Position numbers and translations under genes: made by a program | The notes under the pieces: model-generated | Told to the model about the DNA's origin: nothing | The model's input: the letters and a program-made list of their open reading frames with translations, nothing else | Database searches by the model: none | Shown: in pieces, positions 10,428-20,602 of the stretch | Numbering within the stretch: position 1 is the stretch's first letter | How the letters are laid out: each line of letters opens with the position of its first letter | NCBI GenBank assembly: GCA_944326485.1 | Contig: CALVED010000006.1 | Coordinates: 18,944-82,943, forward strand | Direction: 5' to 3' | From: Candidatus Gastranaerophilales bacterium | GTDB taxonomy: Bacteria > Cyanobacteriota > Vampirovibrionia > Gastranaerophilales > Gastranaerophilaceae | DNA length: 64,000 nt

Positions 10428-11063
10428 TTAGTTATGAACGTATTCTAGTCCTGATAAATTGCTTACCGCTTCTGCCCAATTTTTAACCATTTCATCAACA
10501 TTATTGTCAAAAGAAATAGATTTTCCAATTTTAATAATAAAATCTTGTTTTTTAGAGTTTGGATTATCTTTAACAATTATTGCAACTGGTAAAACATCTG
10601 CTTTAATTTTTTTAGAAATAGAGGCAAAACCTTTAGTTATATTTTCTATTTTTCCGTTGTTGCATCTTGTTCCTTGTGGGAAAAGGCCTAAATGCCAATT
10701 AGTATTTTGTATAGATAAAGCTGTTTTAATTGTGGATACATCAACTTTGTCCCTATCAACAGCAAAAGCACCACACCAATCCATTAAAACCATTGACCAA
10801 AAAGTTTCAAAAAGTTGTTTTTTTGCCATATATGAAATGGTTAGATTTAATTGTGCTGCGACAATAAATGGATCATATCCTGTAACATGATTACTTGCTA
10901 CAATATATTTCTTTTTTTTATCTATATTTTCTTTTCCTTCTACCTTTAGGTTGTATTTGAATCTTAAGAAGGTTTTAATAACAATATTGCAAGTAATATA
11001 TTGGAAAATTTTTCTCCATATATTAAAACTTTTGGCTGTTTTTGTTGAGAATTTGGTTGTCAT
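10428..11063 (-). CDS. second PlsC-like acyltransferase paralog (tandem)
   Basis: 211-aa ORF. Motifs ASNHVTGYDP and FPQGTR. Lies 15 nt downstream of the first paralog on the same strand. Confidence 0.75.
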   Translation of the reverse strand: MTTKFSTKTAKSFNIWRKIFQYITCNIVIKTFLRFKYNLKVEGKENIDKKKKYIVASNHVTGYDPFIVAAQLNLTISYMAKKQLFETFWSMVLMDWCGAFAVDRDKVDVSTIKTALSIQNTNWHLGLFPQGTRCNNGKIENITKGFASISKKIKADVLPVAIIVKDNPNSKKQDFIIKIGKSISFDNNVDEMVKNWAEAVSNLSGLEYVHN

Positions 11064-11181
11064 AAATGCCTTTTAATACTTTAATCTATAAATTATTATA
11101 ACAAAAATAAAAAATATTATAATTTATTATTTTACTTGATTAAACTTTATGTTTAATTTATAACTAACACATAGACAATAA

Positions 11182-12219
<1,038 letters not shown>

Positions 12220-12235
12220 TTTAAATTAGTTTGAT

Positions 12236-12267
12236 TAAAAAGACTGCCTATTAGGCAGTCTTTTTTT
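12236..12267 (+). terminator. intrinsic terminator of gap
   Basis: Stem AGACTGCCT / AGGCAGTCT followed by T7. Confidence 0.85.
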
Positions 12268-12289
12268 ATACAATAGAATCAAATAGGTT

Positions 12290-12377
12290 GTCCGATAAAA
12301 ATTCACAATAAGCTAAAGGTGTGAGTGAATTTTTTAGAGAGTATGACTCGGGAACAAAGTGCAATCCTTGATTAAAT
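12290..12377 (+). repeat. family-1 repeat, short copy (module A plus truncated C) (copy 2)
   Basis: GTCCGATAAAAATTCACAATAAGCTAAAGGTGTGAGTGAATTTTTTAGAGAGTATGACTCGGGAACAAAGTGCAATCCTTGATTAAAT. Confidence 0.85.
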
Positions 12378-12644
12378 GTTGTTCATAACTTAACACTACT
12401 TAACAAAAAATAAGAAAAAATTTTTTATGCAAAAATTAAAAAATATAAAATAAAAAATTGAATTTTATAGGTTTTTATTTATTAATTTCGAGTTTTTCAA
12501 AATTATTTTTATAAAAATTAAAAAAAATATAAAAAAAAATAAAATAAAATTAAAATAAGAAGTGTATAAAATACAATAAATTTCTTTAAAAAAATTTTTG
12601 CTTGGTATACAATATTAAAGCTGATGTAAAGAGGACTATTAATC

Positions 12645-13535
12645 GTGGGTTTAACATTTCAGGAATTAATTTTAAATTTATCAAAATTTTGGTCTGATTA
12701 TGGTTGTATAATACAACAACCGTATGATATAGAAAAAGGTGCAAGTACAATGAATCCTGCAACATTTTTGCGTTCTTTGGGGCCTGAACCTTGGAATACG
12801 GCAATGGTGGAACCTTGCAGACGACCAACAGATGCTCGTTACGGAGAAAATCCGAATAGACTTGGGCATTATTTTCAATATCAGGTGATATTAAAACCAT
12901 CACCGAAAGATTCACAAGAATTATATTTGAAAAGCTTAGAAGCCATGGGAATTGACTTATCTAAGCATGATGTAAGATTTGTTGAAGATAACTGGGAATC
13001 ACCAACTTTAGGTGCTGCAGGAGTTGGTTGGGAAGTATGGCTGGATGGCATGGAAATTACCCAATTCACTTATTTTCAACAAGTTGGTGGTCTTGAAATT
13101 AGACCAGTTGCTCTTGAGATAACATACGGACTTGAGAGAATAGCTATGTATCTTCAAAATGTTGATTCTGTGTATGATGTTATGTGGAATAAAGAATTGA
13201 AATATGGAGAAATATATTTACAGAATGAAATAGAACAGTCAAAATATAATTTTGAGTATTCAAGTCCAGAAAGATTATTTAAAATGTTTGATTTATTTCA
13301 AGCAGAAGTTGAGTCTTGTGTTGAAGCTAAGATAGTATTACCGGCTTATGATTATGTACTTAAATGTTCACATACATTTAATTTGCTTGATGCCAGAGGT
13401 GTAATAAGCAGAGATGAAAGAATAAATTATATAAATAGAGTAAGAAGAATGGCTGCAATGGTTGCAGAGTTGTACGTTGAACAACGTAAAGAACTTGGTT
13501 TTCCATTATTAAAAAAACAGCCTTGTAAGTTATAG
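12645..13535 (+). CDS. glyQ: glycine--tRNA ligase alpha subunit
   Basis: 296-aa ORF with a GTG start. [19 protein letters not shown]-like [16 protein letters not shown] and FNLLDARG are characteristic GlyQ segments. Confidence 0.93.
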   Translation: MGLTFQELILNLSKFWSDYGCIIQQPYDIEKGASTMNPATFLRSLGPEPWNTAMVEPCRRPTDARYGENPNRLGHYFQYQVILKPSPKDSQELYLKSLEAMGIDLSKHDVRFVEDNWESPTLGAAGVGWEVWLDGMEITQFTYFQQVGGLEIRPVALEITYGLERIAMYLQNVDSVYDVMWNKELKYGEIYLQNEIEQSKYNFEYSSPERLFKMFDLFQAEVESCVEAKIVLPAYDYVLKCSHTFNLLDARGVISRDERINYINRVRRMAAMVAELYVEQRKELGFPLLKKQPCKL

Positions 13536-13550
13536 AAAAGGAAATAAAGA

Positions 13551-15101
13551 ATGTCGGCTCCAGTAGAAAAAAGAATAGGAAAGTTTGTATCAAATTTATT
13601 AAAAAAGAAGAATCCTGATGAATTTTTGGAGCAATCTGCCAAAGGTGGATTAAAAAAAACATTAAATGCTTTTGATTTAATCATATTAGGCATAAGTGCG
13701 ATAATAGGAGCAGGAATATTTGTAATGATAGGTTCTGCTGTCATTGGAACAACGGAAAGAGTTGGTGCTGGTCCGGCGTTAGTTATTTCAATTTTCTTGG
13801 TTGCAATAGCATGTATATTTCCTGCTTTATGTTATGCTGAGTTTGCGTCAATGATACCGGTTTCAGGTAGTGCATATATATATACTTATGCAACAATGGG
13901 TGAGTTTGCAGCTTGGATGATGGGTTGGGTTTTGATGTTAGAATATGCAATAGGAACTATTGCTGTAGCATCAAGTTGGTCTGGTTATCTTATTAAATTT
14001 TTTGAGGGTTTTCCTTTCTTACCTGAGATAGTAAAAAATCCTCCGGTTTGGCTTATAAATGATTATCAGACGGCAATGTCCAGCGGAGAAAGTATTCCTC
14101 ATATTTTTGGTATTCCTATTTGTATGAATTTGCCTTCAATGATAATAATTATGATTATTTCATTGGTATTATTAAAAGGGATAAAAGAATCTGCAAATTT
14201 TGCCAAGATAATGGTATTGGTAAAGATAATAGTAATAGCATTATTTATTTGTGTTGGTGCTTTTTATGTGAAACCTGAGAATTGGACTCCATTTTGTCCA
14301 ATGGGTATAAAAGGTATTTTAATGGGTGCTTTTGCGATGTTTTATGCTTATATTGGTTTTGATGCAATATCAACGGCAGCAGAAGAAACTAAGAATCCTC
14401 AGAAAAATTTACCTATTGGTTTAATTGGTTCTTTGGTTGTTTGTTCTTTAATATATTGTTTTGTTACTGTAGTTTTAACAGGAATGCTTCCAATGAGCCA
14501 GATAGACTTAAAAGCTCCAATCGCTCATGCTATGAGTTTTGTTGGGCAAGATTGGTTTGCCGGTGCTATTGCAATAGGTGCTCTGGCAGGATTAACATCC
14601 GTTTTACTGGTTCTTCAATTTGGTACAACAAGAATTTTGTTAGCTATGGCGCGTGATGGATTGTTACCTTCGGTTATGAAAGAAATACATCCTAAGTTTC
14701 AGACACCTTGGGTTATAACAATTTTATCTACAATTTTGATGTTGATTGGTTCTTTATTTATAAATATGCAAGTTGCTGCGGAATTGGCCATATTTGGTAC
14801 ATTTACTTCTTTTGTAATTGTTTGTATTGGCATTTTGATATTAAGAAAAACAGAACCGAATAGAGAAAGACCTTTTAAAGTTCCTTGTTGTCCTTGGTTT
14901 CCAATAATAGGTATTATTTTCTGTTCCGGTTTAATGATAGTTGCATTAAGAGAAGTTAAAACTTCTGCTATGTTATTCCCATTGTGGGTAGTAATAGGGG
15001 TTGTTATATATTTCTTATATGGTTATCAAAATAATAAGAAAGATGTAGATATTAAAATTATAAAAAATGAAGAAAAATCAAAAATAACAAAGATGTCTTA
15101 A
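13551..15101 (+). CDS. APC-family amino acid permease
   Basis: 516-aa polytopic membrane protein. GAGIFV and SGSAYIYTY motifs are typical of amino acid/polyamine/organocation transporters. Confidence 0.85.
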   Translation: MSAPVEKRIGKFVSNLLKKKNPDEFLEQSAKGGLKKTLNAFDLIILGISAIIGAGIFVMIGSAVIGTTERVGAGPALVISIFLVAIACIFPALCYAEFASMIPVSGSAYIYTYATMGEFAAWMMGWVLMLEYAIGTIAVASSWSGYLIKFFEGFPFLPEIVKNPPVWLINDYQTAMSSGESIPHIFGIPICMNLPSMIIIMIISLVLLKGIKESANFAKIMVLVKIIVIALFICVGAFYVKPENWTPFCPMGIKGILMGAFAMFYAYIGFDAISTAAEETKNPQKNLPIGLIGSLVVCSLIYCFVTVVLTGMLPMSQIDLKAPIAHAMSFVGQDWFAGAIAIGALAGLTSVLLVLQFGTTRILLAMARDGLLPSVMKEIHPKFQTPWVITILSTILMLIGSLFINMQVAAELAIFGTFTSFVIVCIGILILRKTEPNRERPFKVPCCPWFPIIGIIFCSGLMIVALREVKTSAMLFPLWVVIGVVIYFLYGYQNNKKDVDIKIIKNEEKSKITKMS

Positions 15102-15104
15102 TCA

Positions 15105-15137
15105 AAAAAGTGGAGAAATAAAAACTCCACTTTTTTT
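15105..15137 (+). terminator. intrinsic terminator of the permease gene
   Basis: Stem GTGGAG / CTCCAC followed by T7. Confidence 0.8.
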
Positions 15138-15166
15138 GTCCGAAAAAACTCAAAGTAAGATTAAAG
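15138..15166 (+). repeat. possible extremely reduced family-1 copy
   Basis: GTCCGAAAAAACTCAAAGTAAGATTAAAG resembles the 5' GTCCGAGAAAAA and 3' AAAGTG..AGATTAAAT ends fused. Tentative. Confidence 0.35.
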
Positions 15167-15168
15167 TT

Positions 15169-15344
15169 GTCTAAGAAAAAATTCACTCACACTTTCAGCA
15201 TATCGTGAATTTTTTTACAAAACGAATCACAAACTTTGTTTTTTTGTGAGTTTATATTTTTCGTGAAACGAAGGTGAGAGATGTTTTAAAAAGGTGAGTA
15301 CTTTGTTGCCGAGTCATCCTCGCTAACAAAGTGATAATTTTAAT
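15169..15344 (+). repeat. family-1 repeat, full copy with both hairpins flipped (copy 3)
   Basis: The outer sequence is in canonical orientation. The module-A interior reads TCACACTTTCAGCATATC, the reverse complement of the canonical GATAAGCTGAAAGTGTGA. The module-C hairpin reads GTTGCCGAGTCATCCTCGCTAAC, the reverse complement of the canonical form. Confidence 0.9.
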
Positions 15345-15514
15345 AATATGAATGAATATTCTTTTGTAATAAATTATAGTTTCAGATTAGAATAAAAAAC
15401 TAAATATTAATAAAATAGATTGTTAAATAATGTAAAGAGTAAAACGAAATAGTATAAATAAAATTAAAAATCTTTCGATATTATAAATAAGTTTATAATT
15501 AGGAAAGGTTAGAT

Positions 15515-16801
15515 ATGTGTGCTGATGGAGTAAATTTCGGTGATTATTTAGTAAGAAATGAAAGATGGCTTATTGATGATAATGAGACTGCGGAAACAAA
15601 AAGTGTTGACGGTAAATTATCAGATAACGAAATTTCTATATTTTTTTCAAATACACATATAAATACAGATGGTGATGATGAGATTTCATCTTCTGAATTT
15701 GATAATTGGTATTCTGCCAATTCAAGTGCAATATCAGCATATTTAGATGATATTGGTGCAGATTATAATGATGCAAGTGTAAAAGCTGCTATGCTTGAAT
15801 CTATGACGAGTTTTATGCAAAGTTCACAAAATTCGGATATTGAATTAATGCACCTTAATGAAGATACAGATAGTATTGTGTTGGGAGAAATGTCAATGCC
15901 TACAGCTGATCAAATTTCTTCTCCAACAAAAACAGAAGGAGACGATACAACTCCTGCAACAAATCAATATAGTGAGGCTGCTCAGTCTTATTATGATTCA
16001 ATGAAAAATCTATCAGAAATTAAAAGTTCTTTAAATCCAAATTCATATCAAGATAAAGTAGAATCAATAATTAGTGATATTGTCAATGATAAGAATATTG
16101 ATTCAAGCGAAAAATTGGCGTTATTAGAAGATATATCAACAATGGAAAAAGACGTATTAAAAGATTATTTTGCGGAAAATGATGTATTTTATATTAATGC
16201 ATTAGAAGAAATAGTATCAAATGAAAATTATACAATAGAAGATGTAATGAATTTAACTAAGCGATATAATGCTTTGCAAGGAGATGATACTACAATAACA
16301 ATTCCTCAAAATTCAATATTAAAAAATGAATTGTTTGAAAATTTAATTTCTGTTACTGAAAAAGCAGCATCATCAGGTCAATTAGAAAATTTAATAAAAT
16401 CAGGATTTACTGAACCAAGTAAATTGGCAACAATGATTCAACAAAATTATAAATGGTCAGATGAAACAAACTATTTAAAAAGAATAATGAATGCAATTGG
16501 AAGTAATAAATCTATTGATCCTGCAGATTATCAATTAAACGATGAACAGGTTGATTTGTTAAAGAAAGATTATTTAGAATATCAATTTGTTAGTCTGGAA
16601 AAAGTTGTTGATGAAAAAGATTCAATGTTTAATATTATAAAAGCAAGTAAAGAAGGAACTTTAGATAAAAAAGTTGCTCAGTTCTTGTTACAAGATTTAT
16701 TCGGTGGAGATATGTCTTCATTGATTGATACATTCAGATCTTTATCAAGTGGTAATGAAGAGAAATATTTAGAAGAATTAATAGATATATATATGACGTA
16801 G
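15515..16801 (+). CDS. acidic hypothetical protein with EF-hand/dockerin-like Ca-binding loops
   Basis: 428-aa ORF with RBS AGGAAAGG. Loops VDGKLSDNEISIFF and NTDGDDEISSSEFDNWY. No signal peptide seen. Confidence 0.5.
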   Translation: MCADGVNFGDYLVRNERWLIDDNETAETKSVDGKLSDNEISIFFSNTHINTDGDDEISSSEFDNWYSANSSAISAYLDDIGADYNDASVKAAMLESMTSFMQSSQNSDIELMHLNEDTDSIVLGEMSMPTADQISSPTKTEGDDTTPATNQYSEAAQSYYDSMKNLSEIKSSLNPNSYQDKVESIISDIVNDKNIDSSEKLALLEDISTMEKDVLKDYFAENDVFYINALEEIVSNENYTIEDVMNLTKRYNALQGDDTTITIPQNSILKNELFENLISVTEKAASSGQLENLIKSGFTEPSKLATMIQQNYKWSDETNYLKRIMNAIGSNKSIDPADYQLNDEQVDLLKKDYLEYQFVSLEKVVDEKDSMFNIIKASKEGTLDKKVAQFLLQDLFGGDMSSLIDTFRSLSSGNEEKYLEELIDIYMT

Positions 16802-16804
16802 TTT

Positions 16805-16985
16805 GTCCGAGAAAAAATTCACTAAAAGCTGAAAGAGCGAGTGAATTTTTTTACAAAACGAACAAAGAACTTTGTTTTTGAGTGAGCTTGTATTCGTAGT
16901 GAAACGAAGATTAGCAAAGTTTTTAAAATGAGAGTACTTTGTTAGCAAGGATGACTCGGTAACAAAGTGCGATAATAGATTAAAT
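16805..16985 (+). repeat. family-1 repeat, full copy (copy 4)
   Basis: GTCCGAGAAAAAATTCAC..GTGAATTTTTTTACAAAACGAAC..GTGAAACGAAG..AGTACTTTGTTAGCAAGGATGACTCGGTAACAAAGTGCGATAATAGATTAAAT. Starts 4 nt after the upstream stop codon. Confidence 0.92.
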
Positions 16986-17002
16986 ATAAATAATAGAAAA
17001 TA

Positions 17003-18775
17003 TTAATTTATTTTTGAGATAATAGGCTGACGATATTCAACAGAATTTATTGAGTGCATATCAACAACAACAGAAGGTGGAATTATATGCCATTTGAACA
17101 CAGCACAATGCTGTTTCCAAAAGAACTTATTAAGCCATTCTTCCTTCTGTTCTTTAGAAACAGGATTATTTTTTTCATAAAAGAATTTGTGATTAACTAA
17201 ATCATTATAACCATAACCATAATTCTCAATATACCAAATAATTTCATCTAAGAAAGGATATGGCATATTATCTTCTTCAGCGCAAACTGTCTTTCCTGTT
17301 TTTGGATTAATTTTTAATTCAGCGCCAGGTGGTTTTTCTAATATTGCTTGAGGAATTGCATTTTTTTGTGTTCTATTTTTATTCAAGAAATCTCCCAAAG
17401 CAAACAATTTAGTTTTAGTAACATCTGCAATTGGAGCAAATCCTCCGGACATATCCCCATTTACAGTGGCATAACCAATATATGCTTCAGATTTATCGCT
17501 TGTTGCAATAGGAAGCATATTTTTATGTTCGTTTGCAATGCTCCACAATAAAGTTGCCCTTGTTCTTGCTTGAAGGTTTTCAATTGTTGTAGATTTTTCA
17601 TATTTATCTGTATTTATATTATCAAAAGTATAATTGAGCATATTTTTTGTAGCATCAATACTTTCGGCTAAAGGAATTTCTATAAAATTAATACCAAGAT
17701 TTTCTGCAAGAACTTTAGCATCATTCTTGCTTGATTGTGAAGTAATTCTGCTTGGCATAGAAACGCCGAATACGTTTTCTTTCCCTAAAGCATCAACAAG
17801 AAGCACACAGCTGATAGTGGAATCAAGTCCTCCTGATAGGCCTAAAACAGCTTTTTTAAAACCATTCTTTTTAAAGTATTCTTTAATTCCGAAAATTATA
17901 CTTTTATATGTTCTGTCTAAATCATCTGTATAATCTAAATTAAACTTATTTTGTTTTATTTCCTTATCCATACCTATAGGAAGGTTGTTTATTTTACCTG
18001 TTAGATCATCTGTTATAATAAAGTCTTCTTCAAAAGATTTTGCTCTAAGTGTTAATTCACCATCTTTATTATATATTCTTGATGTTCCATCAAAGCTTAA
18101 ATTGTCGGCATAACCTGCTTTATTAACATAGATATAATTAACTTGATATTTTTTTGCAATTGATGAAAAAAGAGAATTTTTCATAAATTCTTTTCCTGTT
18201 CTTGATGGAGAACAAGAACAATTAATTAAAGTTGTCGGATGTTTTTGCATAAGTTCATAAACAGGATCAACATTATAAATACATTCATCTTTAAAGAAAG
18301 ATTTGTCATTAAAGCTATCTTCACAAATTAAAATTCCGTATTTTTCGCCATTTATTTCAAGTAATTCAGGAACTTCTTTTGATGGTTCGAAGTATCTATA
18401 ATCATTGAATTCTCCGTAATTAGGGAGTAATCTTTTTCTTACAATATTAATTACCTTCCCGTTTTGAACGACGGCAACAGAATTATAAAAAGGTTTTTTG
18501 TCAGCGACATTTGTTGGTTCTGCAAATCCAACAAGAGCAGTAATATTTTGTGTGTTAGCTGTAATATTTTCCAGAGCAGATAATTGTTTTTTTATAATAG
18601 ATTTATGTCTCATAATGATATCACCAAAAGGGTATCCTATAAGAACGAGTTCCGGAAAAATTATCAAGTCAGCATTATTTTCTTTCGCTTTAGTAATACA
18701 GTTTATAATCTTTTCCGCATTATATTCAATGTTTCCTGCTATTGTATCTATTTGTGCTAAAACAATTTTATTCAT
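17003..18775 (-). CDS. nadE: glutamine-dependent NAD+ synthetase (nitrilase domain plus NAD synthetase domain)
   Basis: 590-aa ORF. N-terminal CN-hydrolase segment (LIIFPEL, ICEDS). C-terminal PP-loop GLSGGLDS. Confidence 0.9.
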   Translation of the reverse strand: MNKIVLAQIDTIAGNIEYNAEKIINCITKAKENNADLIIFPELVLIGYPFGDIIMRHKSIIKKQLSALENITANTQNITALVGFAEPTNVADKKPFYNSVAVVQNGKVINIVRKRLLPNYGEFNDYRYFEPSKEVPELLEINGEKYGILICEDSFNDKSFFKDECIYNVDPVYELMQKHPTTLINCSCSPSRTGKEFMKNSLFSSIAKKYQVNYIYVNKAGYADNLSFDGTSRIYNKDGELTLRAKSFEEDFIITDDLTGKINNLPIGMDKEIKQNKFNLDYTDDLDRTYKSIIFGIKEYFKKNGFKKAVLGLSGGLDSTISCVLLVDALGKENVFGVSMPSRITSQSSKNDAKVLAENLGINFIEIPLAESIDATKNMLNYTFDNINTDKYEKSTTIENLQARTRATLLWSIANEHKNMLPIATSDKSEAYIGYATVNGDMSGGFAPIADVTKTKLFALGDFLNKNRTQKNAIPQAILEKPPGAELKINPKTGKTVCAEEDNMPYPFLDEIIWYIENYGYGYNDLVNHKFFYEKNNPVSKEQKEEWLNKFFWKQHCAVFKWHIIPPSVVVDMHSINSVEYRQPIISKIN

Positions 18776-19022
18776 ATCTTTATTATCTTATGTCAAAAAA
18801 AATAGTCAAAGATTTTAAAAAATAAAAAAATTGCATTTTTTGTAAAAAGTGTTAAGTTAAGCAAAAAAACATTAAAAATAACGCAACTTGCATTAAAAAA
18901 ATGACATTTTTGTTAATTTTTTTGTGCAATTTTTGTTAAAACGCAATTTTTTACTTGTATTTTTCCCAAGGAGTATTATAATAAGAACATTATAAGTTTT
19001 TGAAAAAGAAAGGTAACATTTT

Positions 19023-20372
19023 ATGTCGGAAAGAAAACAGTACACAGCTGAAGAAATTAAGAAAGTAGTAAAAGATAAAAAAGTTGAGTTTATCAAGTTA
19101 CAATTCTGTGATATTAATGGGCAAGTAAAAAATATGTCATTACCAAGTTCACAGTTGGATAAAATATTAAATAATGAATGTATGCTTGATGGATCATCAA
19201 TAAAAGGATTTAGAAATATTGAAACATCAGATATGTATTTTTATCCTGATTTATCAACATTTACATTACTGCCATTTAGAGAAGATAAAACAGCAGGGAC
19301 AAATGTAGCAAGATTAATTTGTGATATTCATAACCCTGATGGTACACCATTTGAAGGCTGCCCTCGTTCAAATTTAAAAAGAGTTATAAAACGAGCAAAA
19401 GATATGGGTTATGAAATGAATGTAGGACCGGAAGCCGAGTTTTTCTTATTTAAGAGAGATGAAAACGGATTTCCTACTACAAACACTCACGATAGAGCAG
19501 GTTATTATGATACAGCACCAGATGATATGGGTGAAAATATAAGAAAAGAAATTGTTAGAACAATAACTGCAATGGGTTTCGAAGTTGAAGCAAGTCACCA
19601 TGAAGTATCAGAAGGTCAACATGAGATTGACTTTAAATATGAAGATGCACTAACAAGTGCTGATAATATCATTACATTCAGATATGCAGTAAAAGCAGTT
19701 GCAAATAAAATGGGCGTACATGCCACATTTATGCCTAAGCCTATATATGGAATAAACGGATCTGGTATGCATTGCAACTTATCATTATTTAAGAACGGAA
19801 AGAATACATTCTATGATGCAAAAAGAGCTCATCAGTTATCTGAAACAGCATTGTATGCAATAGGTGGGTTATTAGATCATGTAAAGAGCTTTACTGCAAT
19901 AACAAATCCTACAGTAAACAGTTATAAAAGAATTGTTCCTGGCTTTGAAGCTCCTGTATATTTAGCATGGTCATTAGCAAACCGTTCTGCATTAATAAGA
20001 GTTCCTGCTAAAAGAGGAAACGCAACAAGAGTTGAGTTAAGATCACCAGACCCTTCTTGCAACCCATATTTAGCTTTAGCAGTAATATTAGAAGCTATTT
20101 TAGACGGTGTAGAAAAGAAAACAAAACCGCCATTAGATATTGATAAAAATATTTTTAAAATGGATGATAAAGAACGTAAACGTGCAAAAATAGAAACTCT
20201 TCCTGGAAGCTTGTATGAAGCATTAATGTTGATGAAGAAAAGTGCAATAGTAAAATCGGCATTAGGAGAGCATATATTTAAAGAATTCATGCAATCTAAA
20301 TTAAAAGAGTGGGATGGATACAGAACCGCCGTTACAAAATACGAACTTGATATGTATTTGGAAAGATACTAA
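19023..20372 (+). CDS. glnA: glutamine synthetase type I
   Basis: 449-aa ORF. FCDINGQ, GPEAEFFLF, HHEVSEGQHEIDF, GSGMHCN and NSYKRIVPG/EAP motifs. Confidence 0.95.
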   Translation: MSERKQYTAEEIKKVVKDKKVEFIKLQFCDINGQVKNMSLPSSQLDKILNNECMLDGSSIKGFRNIETSDMYFYPDLSTFTLLPFREDKTAGTNVARLICDIHNPDGTPFEGCPRSNLKRVIKRAKDMGYEMNVGPEAEFFLFKRDENGFPTTNTHDRAGYYDTAPDDMGENIRKEIVRTITAMGFEVEASHHEVSEGQHEIDFKYEDALTSADNIITFRYAVKAVANKMGVHATFMPKPIYGINGSGMHCNLSLFKNGKNTFYDAKRAHQLSETALYAIGGLLDHVKSFTAITNPTVNSYKRIVPGFEAPVYLAWSLANRSALIRVPAKRGNATRVELRSPDPSCNPYLALAVILEAILDGVEKKTKPPLDIDKNIFKMDDKERKRAKIETLPGSLYEALMLMKKSAIVKSALGEHIFKEFMQSKLKEWDGYRTAVTKYELDMYLERY

Positions 20373-20388
20373 TTCTTCAAATAAGAAA

Positions 20389-20510
20389 GTCCGAGAAAAA
20401 ATTTACGATAAGCTGAAAGTGTGAGTGAATTTTTTCGAGTGGCGTTTCCAAAAGGTGAGTACTTTGTTACCGAGTCATCCTCGCTAACAAAGTGCGATAC
20501 TAGATTAAAT
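20389..20510 (+). repeat. family-1 repeat, short A-C copy with flipped module-C hairpin (copy 5)
   Basis: ..GTGAGTGAATTTTTTCGAGTGGCGTTTCCAAAAGGTGAGTACTTTGTTACCGAGTCATCCTCGCTAACAAAGTGCGATACTAGATTAAAT. Lies between the glnA stop and its GC-rich terminator. Confidence 0.92.
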
Positions 20511-20517
20511 AAGGAAA

Positions 20518-20547
20518 AGAAGCCATAAAATATGGCTTCTTTCTTTT
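20518..20547 (+). terminator. intrinsic terminator downstream of glnA and repeat copy 5
   Basis: Stem AGAAGCCATA / TATGGCTTCT followed by TTCTTTT. Confidence 0.75.
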
Positions 20548-20602
20548 AATAAATAAAACAGTTGAAAAAAAGGTATGTTTATATTAAAGTTTAAGTACAG
20601 AT

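Noticed and set aside
10459-10890. 143-aa ORF antisense to the PlsC-like gene. Many similar antisense or overlapping ORFs appear in the track, e.g. 1996..2184, 5555..5794, 6421..6675, 9894..10130, 12586..12915, 12681..12878, 12881..13069, 13378..13744, 14441..14656, 17348..17933, 18498..18818, 19922..20290, 22675..22902, 29205..29402, 29832..30041, 35355..36356, 37268..37456, 38211..38595, 38900..39283, 39704..39955, 41463..41809, 45700..45915, 47384..47581, 48366..48587, 51084..52046, 53060..53887, 57069..57281, 58141..58332, 59248..59439 and 63492..63674.
   Set aside because: Each lies inside, and on the opposite strand or in another frame of, a longer ORF with clear family motifs. Their translations are low-complexity (F/L/I/S-rich), as expected from AT-rich antisense sequence. 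No RBS was seen.
12378-12644. T-box leader upstream of glyQ.
   Set aside because: The region is almost pure A/T. It has no specifier-loop/T-box (GGTGGTACCGCG-like) sequence and no terminator/antiterminator pair.
18776-19022. Looked for NtcA (GTA-N8-TAC), GlnR/TnrA (TGTNA-N7-TNACA) sites or a glutamine riboswitch in the nadE-glnA divergent region. Noted the repeated GCAATTTTT / TTGCATT motifs.
   Set aside because: No exact consensus match; the nearest candidates are GTA-N8-TAA and TGTCA-N7-ATAGT. The short repeated motifs are plausible by chance in a region this AT-rich. No conserved riboswitch core was seen.
18893-19096. 67-aa minus-strand ORF overlapping the glnA start and promoter region. 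The 30047..30247 ORF overlapping the helicase start is a similar case.
   Set aside because: It overlaps the 5' end of a well-supported gene. The protein is low-complexity and lacks an RBS.
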